Below, piece after piece: positions 1 to 11,999 of a DNA stretch of 64,000 bases. The position numbers and the translations under genes are program-made. Origin of the DNA: Octopus sinensis (lineage: Eukaryota); assembly GCF_006345805.1 (NCBI RefSeq), contig NC_042997.1, forward strand, positions 40,796,001 through 40,860,000. The letters are read 5' to 3'. Numbering within the stretch: position 1 is the first letter of the stretch; each line of letters starts with the position of its first letter. Below the pieces are notes generated by a model. The model made no database searches. It had not been told where the DNA came from and saw only the letters and a program-made list of their open reading frames with translations.

Positions 1-155
1 CAATTTCGAATGGCCTAAACTTAATGACGTTACAGAGGCGAAAATTGTTTCGTCTCTAAGCAACGCCAAAACGATCGGTGTCGACAAAGTGAACAACAAC
101 AGCAACAGCAGCAGCAGTGAGAGCAACAACAAGAATAACAGCAGCAGCAGCAGGA

Positions 156-345
156 GGCGCAATAGCCCAATGGTCAGGGCAGCGGACTCGCGGTCGGAGG
201 ATCGCGGTTTCGATTCCCAGACCGGGCGTTGTGTGTGTTTATTGAGCGAAAACACCTAAATCTCCACGAGGCTCCAACAGGGGGGGGCGACCCCTGTTGT
301 ACTCTTTCACCCCAACTTTCTCTCACTCTTTCTTCCTGTTTCTTG
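156..345 (+). mobile_element. 5' half of a tRNA-derived SINE (pol III head)
   Basis: GGCGCAATAGCCCAATGGTCAGGGCAGCGGACTCGCGG...GGTTTCGATTCCCAG carries an A box (TAGCCCAATGG) and a B box (GTTTCGATTCC), followed by SINE body sequence. Confidence 0.75.
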
Positions 346-1985
346 TCCCCGACTTCCTACGCAACCGCTGAGCCTGGATGCGCATTCATCCATCCGTCGA
401 TGCTCGCGGTATTGGGGGTTGACCCGCTTTCTCTTCTGCGGGTCTTACGAATAGCAAAGGACCACGTTTCGGACTTCTCCCATCTTGCGAGTTCTGGGAC
501 GAAGACCGTTCGCACAAAAACGCAAATATCGCCCAGCGTCTTTTGTATCAGCAGTGAGAAATATGTTTCCATATAGAAATATGTTTCCACATGGATGAAG
601 AAGAATTAAAATTGGCAAGAAAATTTGTAAAAAGAGATGGTAAAAGGATAGCTCTAAACCATCCATCCGACGTGATAGAAAATATCGCAAGATGCACGGT
701 CACATACCGTTGCATCGGAGTTAAGTCTCGGCGGGTGGAAAATGCTCCCGAGAGCGAAGTACAAAAATGCCTTGGGCGCGTGTGGGAACAAAGACCCACA
801 TCACCCGAGGAAAGAAGTTTGGATCCACTGAGATGAGATTTGGGACTGAAGAAGAAGCTAGATGTAATTTCGCAACCAATTTGAGGAATGACAACTTTTT
901 CTTAATCCCCAGCTATCGCGGCCAACATGCCAAGATTAGGGCGCTGAATGTGCCGCCAGAAATATCCATTACCTGGTTAGTGGTGGCCGTCTTGGCAGGT
1001 TTAGAAGAAGACGAAGTCACAATACTGGAGGTCAAGAAACTACCTAAGCAAAACTAGTTAGGTGTATGTATGAAACTGACCTTGCAATGCAAGCAGGACC
1101 ATATCGACCAGCTGGGTACGCATCTGTCAGTGTTCGTGGAGGGTAGAAATGTGGACCTGTAAAACACTTAAATGTTTCCTAACCAGAAACAATGGAAAAT
1201 AAAGTCTCACCTCTGCCAGCATTACAAATACCACAAGTGCAAAATCATAAACAAATGCTCAAGACTCCTACGCCTTCTCCCGCACCCTCGCCCAAAACCA
1301 AGACAAAGAAGGTGTCTACTCTCGGCTGCCGCGGAAAAGCGAGTTTCTCCTGAATGCTCTTCCTCCCAAACCAACATCAACTGCAATGACATGGAGAAGG
1401 AAGAGCTGAAGGATCAATGGATCACAGTGACAAAAGGGGGTAGGCGAAAGAGGAGGAGAGTACATAGCCCTACTCCAAAAAATCAACAAAAACTTATTCT
1501 GAAACCACAACTGCAGTACTAGGTCACAACCACTACAACGAAAACAGCAAGAACAAGATCAACAACTTTAAAAACAAAAACATCATCAACAACAGTAAGA
1601 AACCGAGAAACAACCGATTACAGAACTTCAAAAATATTCACCAGACTATAAGACGAAATGTATCCATCAATTTCACTGTCGTCAGGCGCTCACTGTCCAC
1701 TACAAGTCGGGAAATAGGATCGATGGATGTTCCACTTTAGATATTTACAGAAGATTAGTAACGGGGAAATGCTATGCCTTCCATGGGAAGATTCTAGGCG
1801 TGGACGAAGACGAACTGGCAAGTCTATTCTGGAGAACTTTCCGGTCGGGGACTGTTATGGATAATTTCCCGATGTCTTTGGCCTGGCAGTGCTACCGGTG
1901 GCGCTACCGGCTCGAAGACGGGCTTGTCCGAGGTGCTCGCAGAGCGATGAAACCGTTCTGCATGCACTCATTCAAGTGGTAATCT
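346..1985 (+). mobile_element. Degraded, internally deleted L1/Tx1-like LINE (ORF1 remnant joined to the ORF2 C-terminal zinc-binding region)
   Basis: Frameshifted ORFs 591-836 and 767-1057 (..AKIRALNVPPEIS..) are ORF1-like. A K/T/P-rich linker follows, then SLAWQCYR/ALP..ACPRCSQSDETVLHALIQ (1800-1985), a zf-RVT-type C-terminus. No endonuclease or RT core lies between them. Confidence 0.6.
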
Positions 1986-1994
1986 TTCTTCAAC

Positions 1995-1997
<3 letters not shown>

Positions 1998-2049
<52 letters not shown>
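1998..2049. repeat. (TTA)n microsatellite, probably the (AAT)n tail of the minus-strand retroposon at 2051-2600
   Basis: About 17 perfect TTA units directly abut the repeat. The homologous copy at 53.5 kb also ends in AATAATAATA. Confidence 0.9.
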
Positions 2050-2050
2050 G

Positions 2051-2600
2051 AGTGAGAGAGCAGCGCATGCCTTCAAAGTGACACTGGGGTACAAATATAT
2101 GAAACCCAGTATACCCATCATGACTACTCGTGTGATAAGGTTACACCAGGCACATGCATCACAAACATGTGTGCGACATGGTCATTTCATATCAAGATAA
2201 ACAGTGCATGACCTTGCAGGTGGGGGCCCAGTTAGAATTTTTTTTCAGGTCGAGTAACCTATCCCACTCAAAAGGTCCCTGAATAAGAGTTGTTTAAGGA
2301 TGTTGAACGAAACACCCATGTTTCCAGAGGTGAATTATTTAAACCCCACAGAATTCCTCTCAACACATGGCTATGATGCTTCCTCACCACTTCTGCTCAT
2401 GATCAGAGATGCACCTAACGTCAGCCACTAAGAGACATGCTCAACTGGTTATGGTCAAACAACTGACTAGTAAATCTGTGGCATTGAGCAGAATATTTGC
2501 TGTAGCCCATCTTTTATACCAAGACAAAACAATGTACATGATAACATTTCTAATCAGTTAAGATCAGAAGCCATGATCAGAAGCCTGGTACTGCATCCAA
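2051..2600 (-). mobile_element. Interspersed retroposon 3' segment with (AAT)n tail
   Basis: The reverse complement aligns by eye with 52900-53556 (e.g. AGAATATTTGCTGTAGCCCATC vs GATGGGCTACAGCAAATATTCT). Confidence 0.7.
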
Positions 2601-3289
2601 GGGCCCGGAACAGGGGGTGCCGCGGGTGCACCTGCACCCCTTGACATTTTCAAGTGGTGCAATATCAAAACTTTCACCCCCTACATAATTTTACCAGTTT
2701 CAGAAAATAGTGTCTAAAAATTATCTGTGTGAGATGCTTGAAGCTAGATTTCGTTTCAAAGCAAAAACAAAGAACAAAAATAAATAAATAAAAGTGATGG
2801 AGCTGGGCTTAAAATTCCCAAGGGAATTTATGACTACCAACTTCTGAAGCAAAGTACCGTCAAAATAAAAAGTATGTGACAACAACAACAGTAGCAGCAA
2901 ACAACAAGAACAACAACATGACCAGCATCTACGGCTACTCTTCAATACATAGCATTACTTGGATTCTTGAAGACAGCTCTATTCTGACAAAAATAACTCC
3001 GAAATCTTGCAATGCTGAAAATGTGTGAAGGTTCTTGTCCTCTCTCTATCTATCGCCTCTCTCAGGTTCTTTGTAGTTAATGTCGCTAAAGACTGACGAC
3101 ATGGTTGAATGAATTCGACTGTTTGACCTCAGCCTAAAAATAAAAGCCCTTTTAAAATTCTTTCAGTCATATCGGTTTTCTCATTTAGGTTGTTAGGTCC
3201 AGTTTAACAAGAGAACAAAATGATTTATTTTTATCTTTGATATTTAATGCTCATTGTTAAATAATCCGAGGATTATATCCAGCCTGGAA

Positions 3290-4500
3290 CTAAGCAACTG
3301 AAGTGGAGGGATACGAACGCTTTCCTCGATACAACAAAAGACTTTCTCATACAACAAATCATTACCCATCCAATTAGGGGAAAATAACATACTCGACTTT
3401 GTCTTTATTCACAATGTTCAGGTCATTCCCACAGCTATTTCCAACCAAAGCATTATACAATTATCTGTATATGGTACAAAGATATATCCGACTCGCAGCA
3501 TGGATTTCTTCCCCGAAGATCTTGCCTAACAAATCTTCTCCTTCTTGAAGAATGGATTACAAGGACCATGGATGAAAAAGACTCGGTGGGCGTGGTATTT
3601 TTGGACTTCGCAAAGGCATTTGACTCCGTTAATCACCGACTTCTCTTGTGCAAACTTCGAGCATTCAAGATACATCCATTGGGAACTTCGTGGATTTCTT
3701 CCTTCCTGAGCTATCAAACCTTTCAGGTGCAAATAAATGGAGATCTCTCCGCGGAGATGAATGCATGCAGCGGCGTTCCCCAGAGGTCGGTTCTGGGGCC
3801 AATACTTTTCCTTCTCTATATCAACGACCTGCCAGATTTTCTTGATGGAAGAGTTCTATTTGCAGACGACGTCAAATTTGTCTCGCCTAGGAATCAATAC
3901 GACATACTCCAATCGTCGCTGAACCGAGCTTGGAATTGGGCGAAAGAATGGGATCTGCCTTTGAACGCCTCAAAATGCAACCATTTGCCGATAGGTTCAC
4001 CTCCAAACTCTCCCTTGACTATTGGCCACAAACATCAACATCTTAAGATGGTCACTGAAGAAAAGGATCTTGGCATAATGATCGATACTACTTTCAAACC
4101 ACCACGGCAGGGTATCGAGGCGGCGAACAAAGCCTGAAGGAATCTTTTCCTCATCCACCGATCCTTTGCCAACCTGTCAATGGACGTCTTTCGGCCTGTA
4201 TACGTCACTCTAGTTCGACCCATCCTCGAATATTGCATCCATACCTCAAACCCATATCTCCAGAAAGACATTCAGCACCTGGAACGGGTTCAGCACTTGG
4301 CCACCCGAATGGGCGCGGGCTTGTCTAAGCTTGCGTAAGAGGTACACCTCCAACGGCTGGCATTGCCTTCACTCGAACGATGGAGGATGCAGAGAGATCT
4401 CATCTAGCTTTCAACATCTTCAACGGACATGCAAACCTACAATTTGTGGAGATTTTCACCATTGACACTGACACACATCGAGAATGTCTATATGAACACC
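3290..4500 (+). mobile_element. CR1/L2-group LINE reverse transcriptase relic
   Basis: QHGFLPRRSCLTNLL upstream of ORF 3568-4137, which contains VVFLDFAKAFDSVNH, SGVPQRSVLGPILFLLYINDL and LFADDVK. Downstream frames give YVTLVRPILEY and LERVQ, with stops. Confidence 0.9.
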
Positions 4501-5238
4501 ATCATTTTCGTAGCACAAAATGATGCGGCGCCGTGTTCTGTGTGATATTTTACGAAGCTGTTGGTGCCCATACAGACCTTCTCGATGTGTGTCAATGCCA
4601 ATGAAAGTAAATATACAAAAACCAGTACGTGAGTTTGATAGTATTATATTGTTCGTCTATCGTTCTTATTACTTTTCGGTAAGGGGTAATAAGACTTTCG
4701 GACCACCCTATATTATAGAAGTTATTAAATGCTAAAAAAGAAAAAATGCGAAAAAAATGCCTCTCCCAACCAAATTCCAGGTTTTGCACCTGTTAGAAGC
4801 AGTTATTAGAGTCACAGTAAGGGTACTGATTAGAAACAAATGTTGGAGCGATTAACAAACTACTTTGCGGTGTTTAGTTACACTTTACTCTCGGAGTTCA
4901 AATTCCGTTGAATTCAATTTTACTATTCGTTATTATCAGAGTCAATTTAATTGACTAACATTTCATTCTATATTTGAGGTCTTGTATCTAATGCTAGAAA
5001 ATGATTATTAGAGTCGCTCTATAATTATAGAACACTTCTAATCTCCACTTACTCTTGAATTATACAACACGAAATGCAAAGAAACACTCTTGTATTTCAT
5101 TTGCCTTAGTCATCCCACTACTAAAACTACTACAAATGTTATTCCTCATAATAGTCTCTGGTAATGTCTTGGTGCTCCACGAAAGCCGAATCTCAAGAAT
5201 ACGTATTCTTATTTTTATTTCATTTTATTGTATCTTTT

Positions 5239-5626
5239 CACTTTGACCGGCAGATTTAAAAAATAATTTTTTGTAACTAAATACTTTTAAACTTCGTATA
5301 CCGGTAGAATGTGTCACATAAAGCATCTTTTTCTCTTGGCGTTCTTGAGAAAATTCGGTAGTTTGTAAGCTATTTGTTGTTAAATTTCTCGTATTTCGGC
5401 AATTTCAACCAATCAATGACGTCTATTGAGGTGAATACAATTACTGCTGCTGTTTGTCACCAAGAAGTTTCGGCGGTGTATATTTCGTTTGTCACTGCCT
5501 ACAAAATTTTCTCAAGAATGCCAAGAGAAAAACATGTTTTATATGACATGACACATTCTACCAGTATACGAAGTTTAAAAGTGTTTAGTTACGAAAAATT
5601 ATTTTTTAAATCTGCCGGTCAAAGTG
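5239..5626. mobile_element. MITE with ~120-bp terminal inverted repeats (probably Tc1/mariner-type)
   Basis: CACTTTGACCGGCAGATTTAAAAAATAATTTTT... (5239-5355) is the near-perfect reverse complement of ...AAATTATTTTTTAAATCTGCCGGTCAAAGTG (5505-5626). TA lies on the right flank. Confidence 0.85.
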
Positions 5627-5760
5627 TAATACTGGTGATCCACATATAGCTGGTGCTGAAGCTATACTCACAGACATTGTAGACTACATTTAAAAGATAG
5701 CCATATAGCTCGTTGGTACGAGCTCACCGACAATCCACAAACTTTGTTCCTCTTCTCTCT

Positions 5761-6011
5761 GTGCGCGTATATGTGTTTGTTTTGGCGTAACTATGGGAAG
5801 CAGTTTCTTGTGAATTCCACCCAACGCGCTTCACTCTCTTCTCTCGTCAATTCTTGTCCTTTCTCCCAGGAATGTCTATGAATCCTCTGGAATTCCATCT
5901 CTACCAACGTCGTTTTTACCTCCTACAGATATCAACTACAGATATCAATATTTATCAGCCTTGGAAAGCCTATAGAAGTTATTTGCACTGTCCTCACCAC
6001 GTCTTATCATT

Positions 6012-6060
<49 letters not shown>

Positions 6061-6415
6061 ACACATACACTCAGATATGTAATCATTATATAACTTTATT
6101 CTAAGCCACTATACGAGTAACGCTACGCAACATTACACGAAACACCATTTTTATTCTACTTCGTGCTGTAAAGCGCAAAATATTTTCACTACTTCAGAAA
6201 ACACTCGGAATATATCTATTTCAAAGAACTGTTTAGGTTAACAAGAAAGTATAACAAAGTAGAACGATAAAACAACTGTGTATGAGAGAGGGAAGGGAAA
6301 GGGGAAAGGGGAACAGAGCTTTACTATCCCGTATGTAATTATATTTGTATTCTGGCCATTGTGTTTTGTCTGAGCCTGAAGTCTGTATGATTTAGCTGAT
6401 TAAGACTGGAGTTAT
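5761..6415. repeat. Copy 1 of a ~0.7-kb local direct duplication
   Basis: Near-identical to 8299-9024, including the internal (CA)n. Copy 1 lacks a ~40-bp segment that copy 2 has at ~8397-8437. Confidence 0.9.
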
Positions 6416-8070
6416 TAAGAACAGTTAATGAGGAGACTGAAAATATTTCATTTCCGATGTAAGCTTAAGTAGACCGTTTGCGTATCTGTTTAAACAATTG
6501 CAACTGTTATATCTTTTAAGCCCACTTTCAATACGTTTGTTCTTTGAGCTTCCTATCACATAATGCCTATATAAATTACAGCACTTATGTCCGTCCATAT
6601 TGTAAATCGATGCTACTATAATGGTATCAGATGATGACTGCAAATAATAAAGGCCTGAGTAAGCAAAATATGTAATACTATTCAGAGTTTGAATCAAGGA
6701 CTACGGAGATAAAACTCTATAATTGAATCAGATGACTTCATTGATTAAAGGAATTACGCTTAGACAGGGAATCGATAAATATTTATTCTGGAAACCAAAA
6801 ATAGAGAAAAAAAATTGTATCTGTTTATACGTAACAATAATATGGGAAGCAATTCGCGAATGACTCAACCGGTAATTTATCTGTCTACCAGCCGAAAGGT
6901 GAATGTTTCGCATCATGTCACTATCGCAGTGATCTCTCAATGGAAAATGAGCTAATCTCCAATACTCTCTGTACAGAATATTGTACAGCAAAAACAGTAT
7001 AACTTAATGAGCCCTTGGTTATCCTGAAGTGTCAAGTTCAACACACTCCAGCGTCGAGAAAGGAAATCGTTTCTGATCTGATTTGCTTAAATACAATTCA
7101 GAAGAATAAAGTCTTCCGTTGATTAATAAAAGCATTAAACAGTTTTTTTGTTAGATATTTAGAGATGTAAGGTAAACTTACAAGCGGAGGGGTAAAAACA
7201 TATTTTAGCTTGGCTGTGTTTTTAAACCATAGTATTTCTGTTTGTGACCATCTGTCGAAGTTTGTATACAAGAGAGAAGGGGGTCTCTTATGTTAGGAGG
7301 GGGAAGGGGCCACATTGAAGTTAATTACTTTGTGACAAGACAGCATTGCAAAACACAAAACAAATTAACAATTTCACAATTAAGCCTATTCATAAAAAAA
7401 TAACAAATTGCAAAATAAACTTATAAGAATTTTCTTCTTTTCCTTTTTTCTTCTTAAATTAAACATGGCACATGACTCAGTGATTAGGGGTAGTGAGCAC
7501 AGGATCTCAAAACCGTGAGCTAGATTCCTGGAACGAGTGGTACGTTGTATCCCTAAGCAATGTACTTAATTTAACGTTGTGCTAGAGTACACAATTGTAA
7601 AGAGAAACAAACCCTTCTCCCTCCAATTGTTACATCCACGATGATTCACTGGGCCAAGACCGAAGAGCTGAGAGGGTATCTACGTCCGCTCTTGACTACA
7701 CATGACACTTAGAACAATCAGTGAAATCATCCCTAATCATCCTCGCTTGCAAGAAGGATTTCAGATGATTTTTACTAAATCAACCTCGTTTGCAGGTGAC
7801 AGCTGATTCATCTAATTGCTCTTTATAAGTAATTATAACTTTGTGTGTGTGTGTGTGTGTGTGTATGTGTGGTTGTTGTTAATCAACAAGACGAGTAAGG
7901 GTGATTAGGTGATGGTCTAGGGCTTAGGGGCGGGAGACCTCAGACCTTGGAAAAAAAAACTTTGGTCATCTTGTTGTAGTCGAGGGCTCTTCGTTGACGC
8001 CCGACACAACTGGGAGGTGGCCCTTGAAGTCGCTTGAAATGGAGATCTCTAGGTCCAGATTCTTGAACGG

Positions 8071-8106
<36 letters not shown>

Positions 8107-8298
8107 TCCTAAAATTCACACTTGGAAAGATAGTTTTAAATAAAATTAGACCAGCAAAAATATATTCTAGTATGATGATCTCATCAATCTCCTTATACGT
8201 TGTACTTCTTTTAACGGGAAAGAGATTGATCGATATCATCCACCACAGTACTTGAATAATACTTTATTTTATCTATGGTGAAGGGATAAAATAGTCGC

Positions 8299-9024
8299 GT
8301 GTGCGTATATGTGTTTGTTTTGATGTAACTATAGGAACCAGTTTCTTGTGAATTCCACCCAACGCGCTTCACTCTCTTCTCTCGTCAATTCTTGTCTTAG
8401 GAGACCAGTCTCTGCAATGGCAACATCGCCCAATCCTTTCTCCCAGGAATGTCTATGAATCCTCTGGAATTCCATCTCTACCAACGTCGTTTTTACCTCC
8501 TACTCATATCAACTGGTAGCTGTTTAAGTTGAACACGAATCATTTCAATCTTATCAGCCTTGGAAAAATCTATAGGAGCTATTTGCACTATCCTCACCAC
8601 GTTTTCATTAGCACACACACACACACACACACCACACACACACACACACTTACACCACACACACATACACTTACACACACACATACACAGATATATAATC
8701 ATTATATAGCTTTATTCTATGTCACTATACGGTTAACGCTACGCAACATTGCACGAAACACCATTTTTATTCTACTTCGTGCTGTAAAGCGCAAAATATT
8801 TTCACTACTTCAGAAAACACTCGGAATATATCTATTTCAAAGAACTGTTTAGGTTAACAAGAAAGTATAACAAAGTAGAACGATAAAACAACTGTGTATG
8901 AGAGAGGGAAGGGAAAGGGGAACAGAGCTTTACTATCCCGTATGTAATTATATTTGTATTCTGGCCATTGTGTTTTGTCTGAGCCTGAAGTCTGTATGAT
9001 TTAGCTGATTAAGACAGGAGTTAT
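8299..9024. repeat. Copy 2 of the local direct duplication; minus strand carries a possible LINE ORF1-like remnant
   Basis: Matches 5761-6415. The minus strand reads IRVQLKQLPVDM / EVKTTLVEMEFQRIHRHSWEKGLGDVAIAETG across a frameshift. Confidence 0.85.
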
Positions 9025-9039
9025 AGCTTTGGGAAAATG

Positions 9040-9310
9040 CTTTACGGTAGTTGTTCCAGCTCTTTTACATTTGGAGTTCAAGTCCCGCCGAAATCAATGT
9101 TGTCTTTCCTCTCCTCGGGGTCGATAAAACTAAGTATCAATCTAGTATTGGGATCGATGACATCGACTTACACTATTCTCTTGTGCCTAAATTAGAAGCT
9201 ATTATTTTTGGTTTCAAATGTTGGCACAATTTCGGAAGAAAGGCTAAGTCGATTACATCGACCCCAGTGCTCAACTGGTACTTAATTTATCGACCCTGAG
9301 AGGATGAAAG
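9040..9310 (+). mobile_element. Degraded SINE of the family seen at 37142
   Basis: GAGTTCAAGTCCCGCCGAAATCAATGTTGTCTTTCCTCTCCTCGGGGTCGATAAA resembles GAGTTCAAATTCCGCCGAGGTCGACTTTGCCTTTCATCCTTTCGGGGTCGATTAAA. Confidence 0.6.
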
Positions 9311-9689
9311 GCAAAGGCTTGAATTGACAAAAAAATCACTCACCAATACATTAAAATCTCAAATGCACAACTCTTTTCAGTCTTCTTATGGATTACTAGC
9401 CGACTGCCAATCCGTTCCGTCCACATTCACTTTACACGCGTGCGCGAACTATTCTCTGGCACGTTTTCCTAATCTTTTTCCATGGTTGCTATCCGCTGAA
9501 ATTTTTTCACCATTCACAGACTTTGGTCCAACGGATTTTGAAATTGATTAAGATATTCATCAATTTCATCCGTCTGGAAGTACTTCTAAAGGTCATGAAA
9601 ACCTACTCTGTCTCTCCACTGTCAAACCAATAAAAAACTGGAAGAAAAACAAAAATCGAATATCATGTGTTTGAGTCGGTGAAGACGAA

Positions 9690-9958
9690 ACAGCATTACT
9701 TTATAAATGCAATATTGACACCAAGTACTGGAAAAGAAATGCCCAGGGTCGAGATCACTGGAAGTTCATCATCAAAGAGGAACTAACAACTTCTGAGACC
9801 AGCAGGATTACTGAGGAAAGAAGTAGAGAGGAGGCGCAGAAAAGATAGACAAGGACAACCAAGAAGGGACCTTCGACCCTGAACCACCTGTGCCACTTGT
9901 AGAAGGAACTTCTCAGCAAGAATTGGACTCATCAGTCACCTCAAGATCCCTCAATAAC
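9690..9958 (+). mobile_element. RTE LINE 3' end fragment
   Basis: Translates with frameshifts to CNIDTKYWKRNAQGRDHWK...CATCRRNFSARIGLISHLK, the RTE C-terminal C2H2-like motif. Confidence 0.7.
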
Positions 9959-9960
9959 AA

Positions 9961-10367
9961 TACTCTCTTTTACTCTTTTACTTGTTTCAGTCATTTGACT
10001 GCGGCCATGCTGGAGCACCGCCTTTAGTCGAGCAACTCGACCCCAGAACTTATTCTTTTGTAAGCCCAGTACTTATTCTATCGGTCTCTTTTGCCGAACC
10101 GCTAAGTGACAGGGACGTAAACACACCAGCATCGGTTGTCAAGCAATGCTAGGGGACAAACACAGACACACAAACACATACACACACATACACATATATA
10201 CGACAGGCTTCTTTCAGTTTCCATCTACCAAATCCACTCACAAGGCATTGGTCTGCCCGGGGCTATAGCAGAAGACACTTGCCCAAGATGCCACGCAGTG
10301 GGATTGAACCCGGAACCATGTGGTTGGTTAGCAAGCTACTTACCACACAGCCACTCCTGTGCCTATA
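9961..10367 (-). mobile_element. Full-length tRNA-derived SINE with internal (CA)n (major family in this window)
   Basis: Reverse complement of the copies at 12521 and 14079. It has the tRNA-like head (AGGAGTGGCTGTGTGGTAAG...GGTTCAATCCC) and the GTAAAAGAGTAAAAGAG tail. Confidence 0.9.
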
Positions 10368-10993
10368 AGTAAATAAATAAATTAGTCAAATTAAATCAAA
10401 ATTAAAAACAAAGACCATCATCCTTGCCCTCGAGGGTTAGCCACGATGTCTTATTGCGTTAATTGCTATACAAGGGAAATAACCTTATCTATAGATACGT
10501 ATAATTTCCCTTAGTTATATAATGAAGGCGCAAGACTTGGTGATTAGAATTCAATTTCTAGACTGGATTGCATGTTACCTCCTTGGCTAAGGTATTATTT
10601 TTCACGTTGATCCATTCTACCCAGATGAAAATAGGCACTAACAGGGTGCAGATGCAGGTCTCTTGCTCCCCACTTGTCACATCCTAGGTCAGCCATGGGC
10701 AATATTCAGTCTTCGAGATTTACTGAAAGGCACACCTAATGACAATTTACCTTGATTTTTTTAGTAGTTCAGCCCGCCTGTTAACGAGCCTTGTATCGTG
10801 CGGCCTGCTTCTCGAAAAAGAGTCTCTCATGCCTATCCTAGATATTCTGTTGGATTATGGATGAACTATGAGAGAGTATTTGAATTTTTGCTGAATTTTT
10901 TCTTGAGAACACATTCTTCGTGGAAAATGGCGATTTTAACATCTATATCTAGCATACAGGCTGTCCACTTTTAGTGGTCAGTCCTCTAAATTT

Positions 10994-11026
<33 letters not shown>

Positions 11027-11027
<1 letters not shown>

Positions 11028-11180
11028 GGCGCAGGAGTGGGTGTATGGTGGGAAGCTTGCTTTCCAACCACATGGTTCCGGGTTCAGCCCCACTGCGTGG
11101 CGCCTTGGGCTGACCAAAGCCTTGTGGGTGGATTTTGTGGACGGAAACTGAAAGAAGCCCATCGTATATATATATATGTA

Positions 11181-11239
<59 letters not shown>

Positions 11240-11995
11240 ACGTATTATGTCAGGTCACTTTCGAGTGCTACTGGTAACATGTAACCCAGTAAAACCTGTT
11301 GCATGGTCGGGTCGTCGGCAACTAAACCGGCAACCCCACCAAGCTTGCTCGGTGAGGAGGGTGTTTATTGGACACCCTGCAGGATGAAAAACAAAACTCA
11401 TCAAAGTCAACGGCCATCCAATAAATGTCTTAAGGCTGTATCATGCGCGGGGACATAGAAATTGAATACCCGATCGTGCGGTTAAACCATTGGGAGTGAA
11501 GGACTCCTAGCCTTTGTTAGGGTATCCTTCTAGGAGAAGGTAACTCAGGTAACTGGGATAACTCCAACATAAAACCTGCAGCTCAGTGGTTACCGATGAT
11601 ATTGACTTGTTCTTCTTTTCAGATTATGACTGCTGTTGCTTAGTGAGTGGGATTGACTCAGTGCACAGCCTTTCCTCACTTTAAAAAAAATCTTGCACAG
11701 GCATTGCACGATAACAACATTGATTAAGCTTCGCACAATGGCCATACTCAATAACGAGTGGGCAGCCACCATGTATGTATGTATGTATGTATGTATTAGT
11801 GTTTGTCCTCGCACCATCGTTTGACAACCGATATTGATGTATTTATGTCCCCGTAACTTAGCGGTTCGGCAAAAGAGACCGATAGAACAAGTACTAGGCT
11901 TACAAAGAATAAGTCCTGGGGTCGATTTGTTCAACTAAAGGCAGTGCTCCAGCATGCCTGAAGTCAAATGATTGAAACCAGTAAAAGAATCAAAG
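11027..11995 (+). mobile_element. Major-family SINE split by an insertion into its microsatellite
   Basis: Head at 11027-11246 and tail at 11782-11995 (..CCCGTAACTTAGCGGTTCGGCAAAAGAGACCGATAG..), separated by ~535 bp of unrelated sequence. Confidence 0.85.
11247..11781 (+). mobile_element. Short non-autonomous RTE derivative (5'UTR + short 3' end + (ATGT)n tail)
   Basis: 11434-11726 matches the reverse complement of 20697-21003, the 5'UTR of the RTE LINE. It ends ...GAGTGGGCAGCCACC(ATGT)n and has a ~16-bp imperfect TSD, TATGTATGTA(C/T)GTATT. Confidence 0.75.
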
Positions 11996-11999
11996 AATA

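Noticed and set aside
156-226. Functional tRNA gene
   Set aside because: No proper acceptor stem or oligo-T terminator, and it continues into SINE body sequence.
1889-2200. Poly-Leu signal or transmembrane protein
   Set aside because: The Leu run is the (TTA)n microsatellite joining two unrelated repeats.
6425-6697. Possible further PARP exon (..TYFAYSG..)
   Set aside because: The YFA match is incidental. There is no YGxG motif, and the PARP gene already terminates at 41543.
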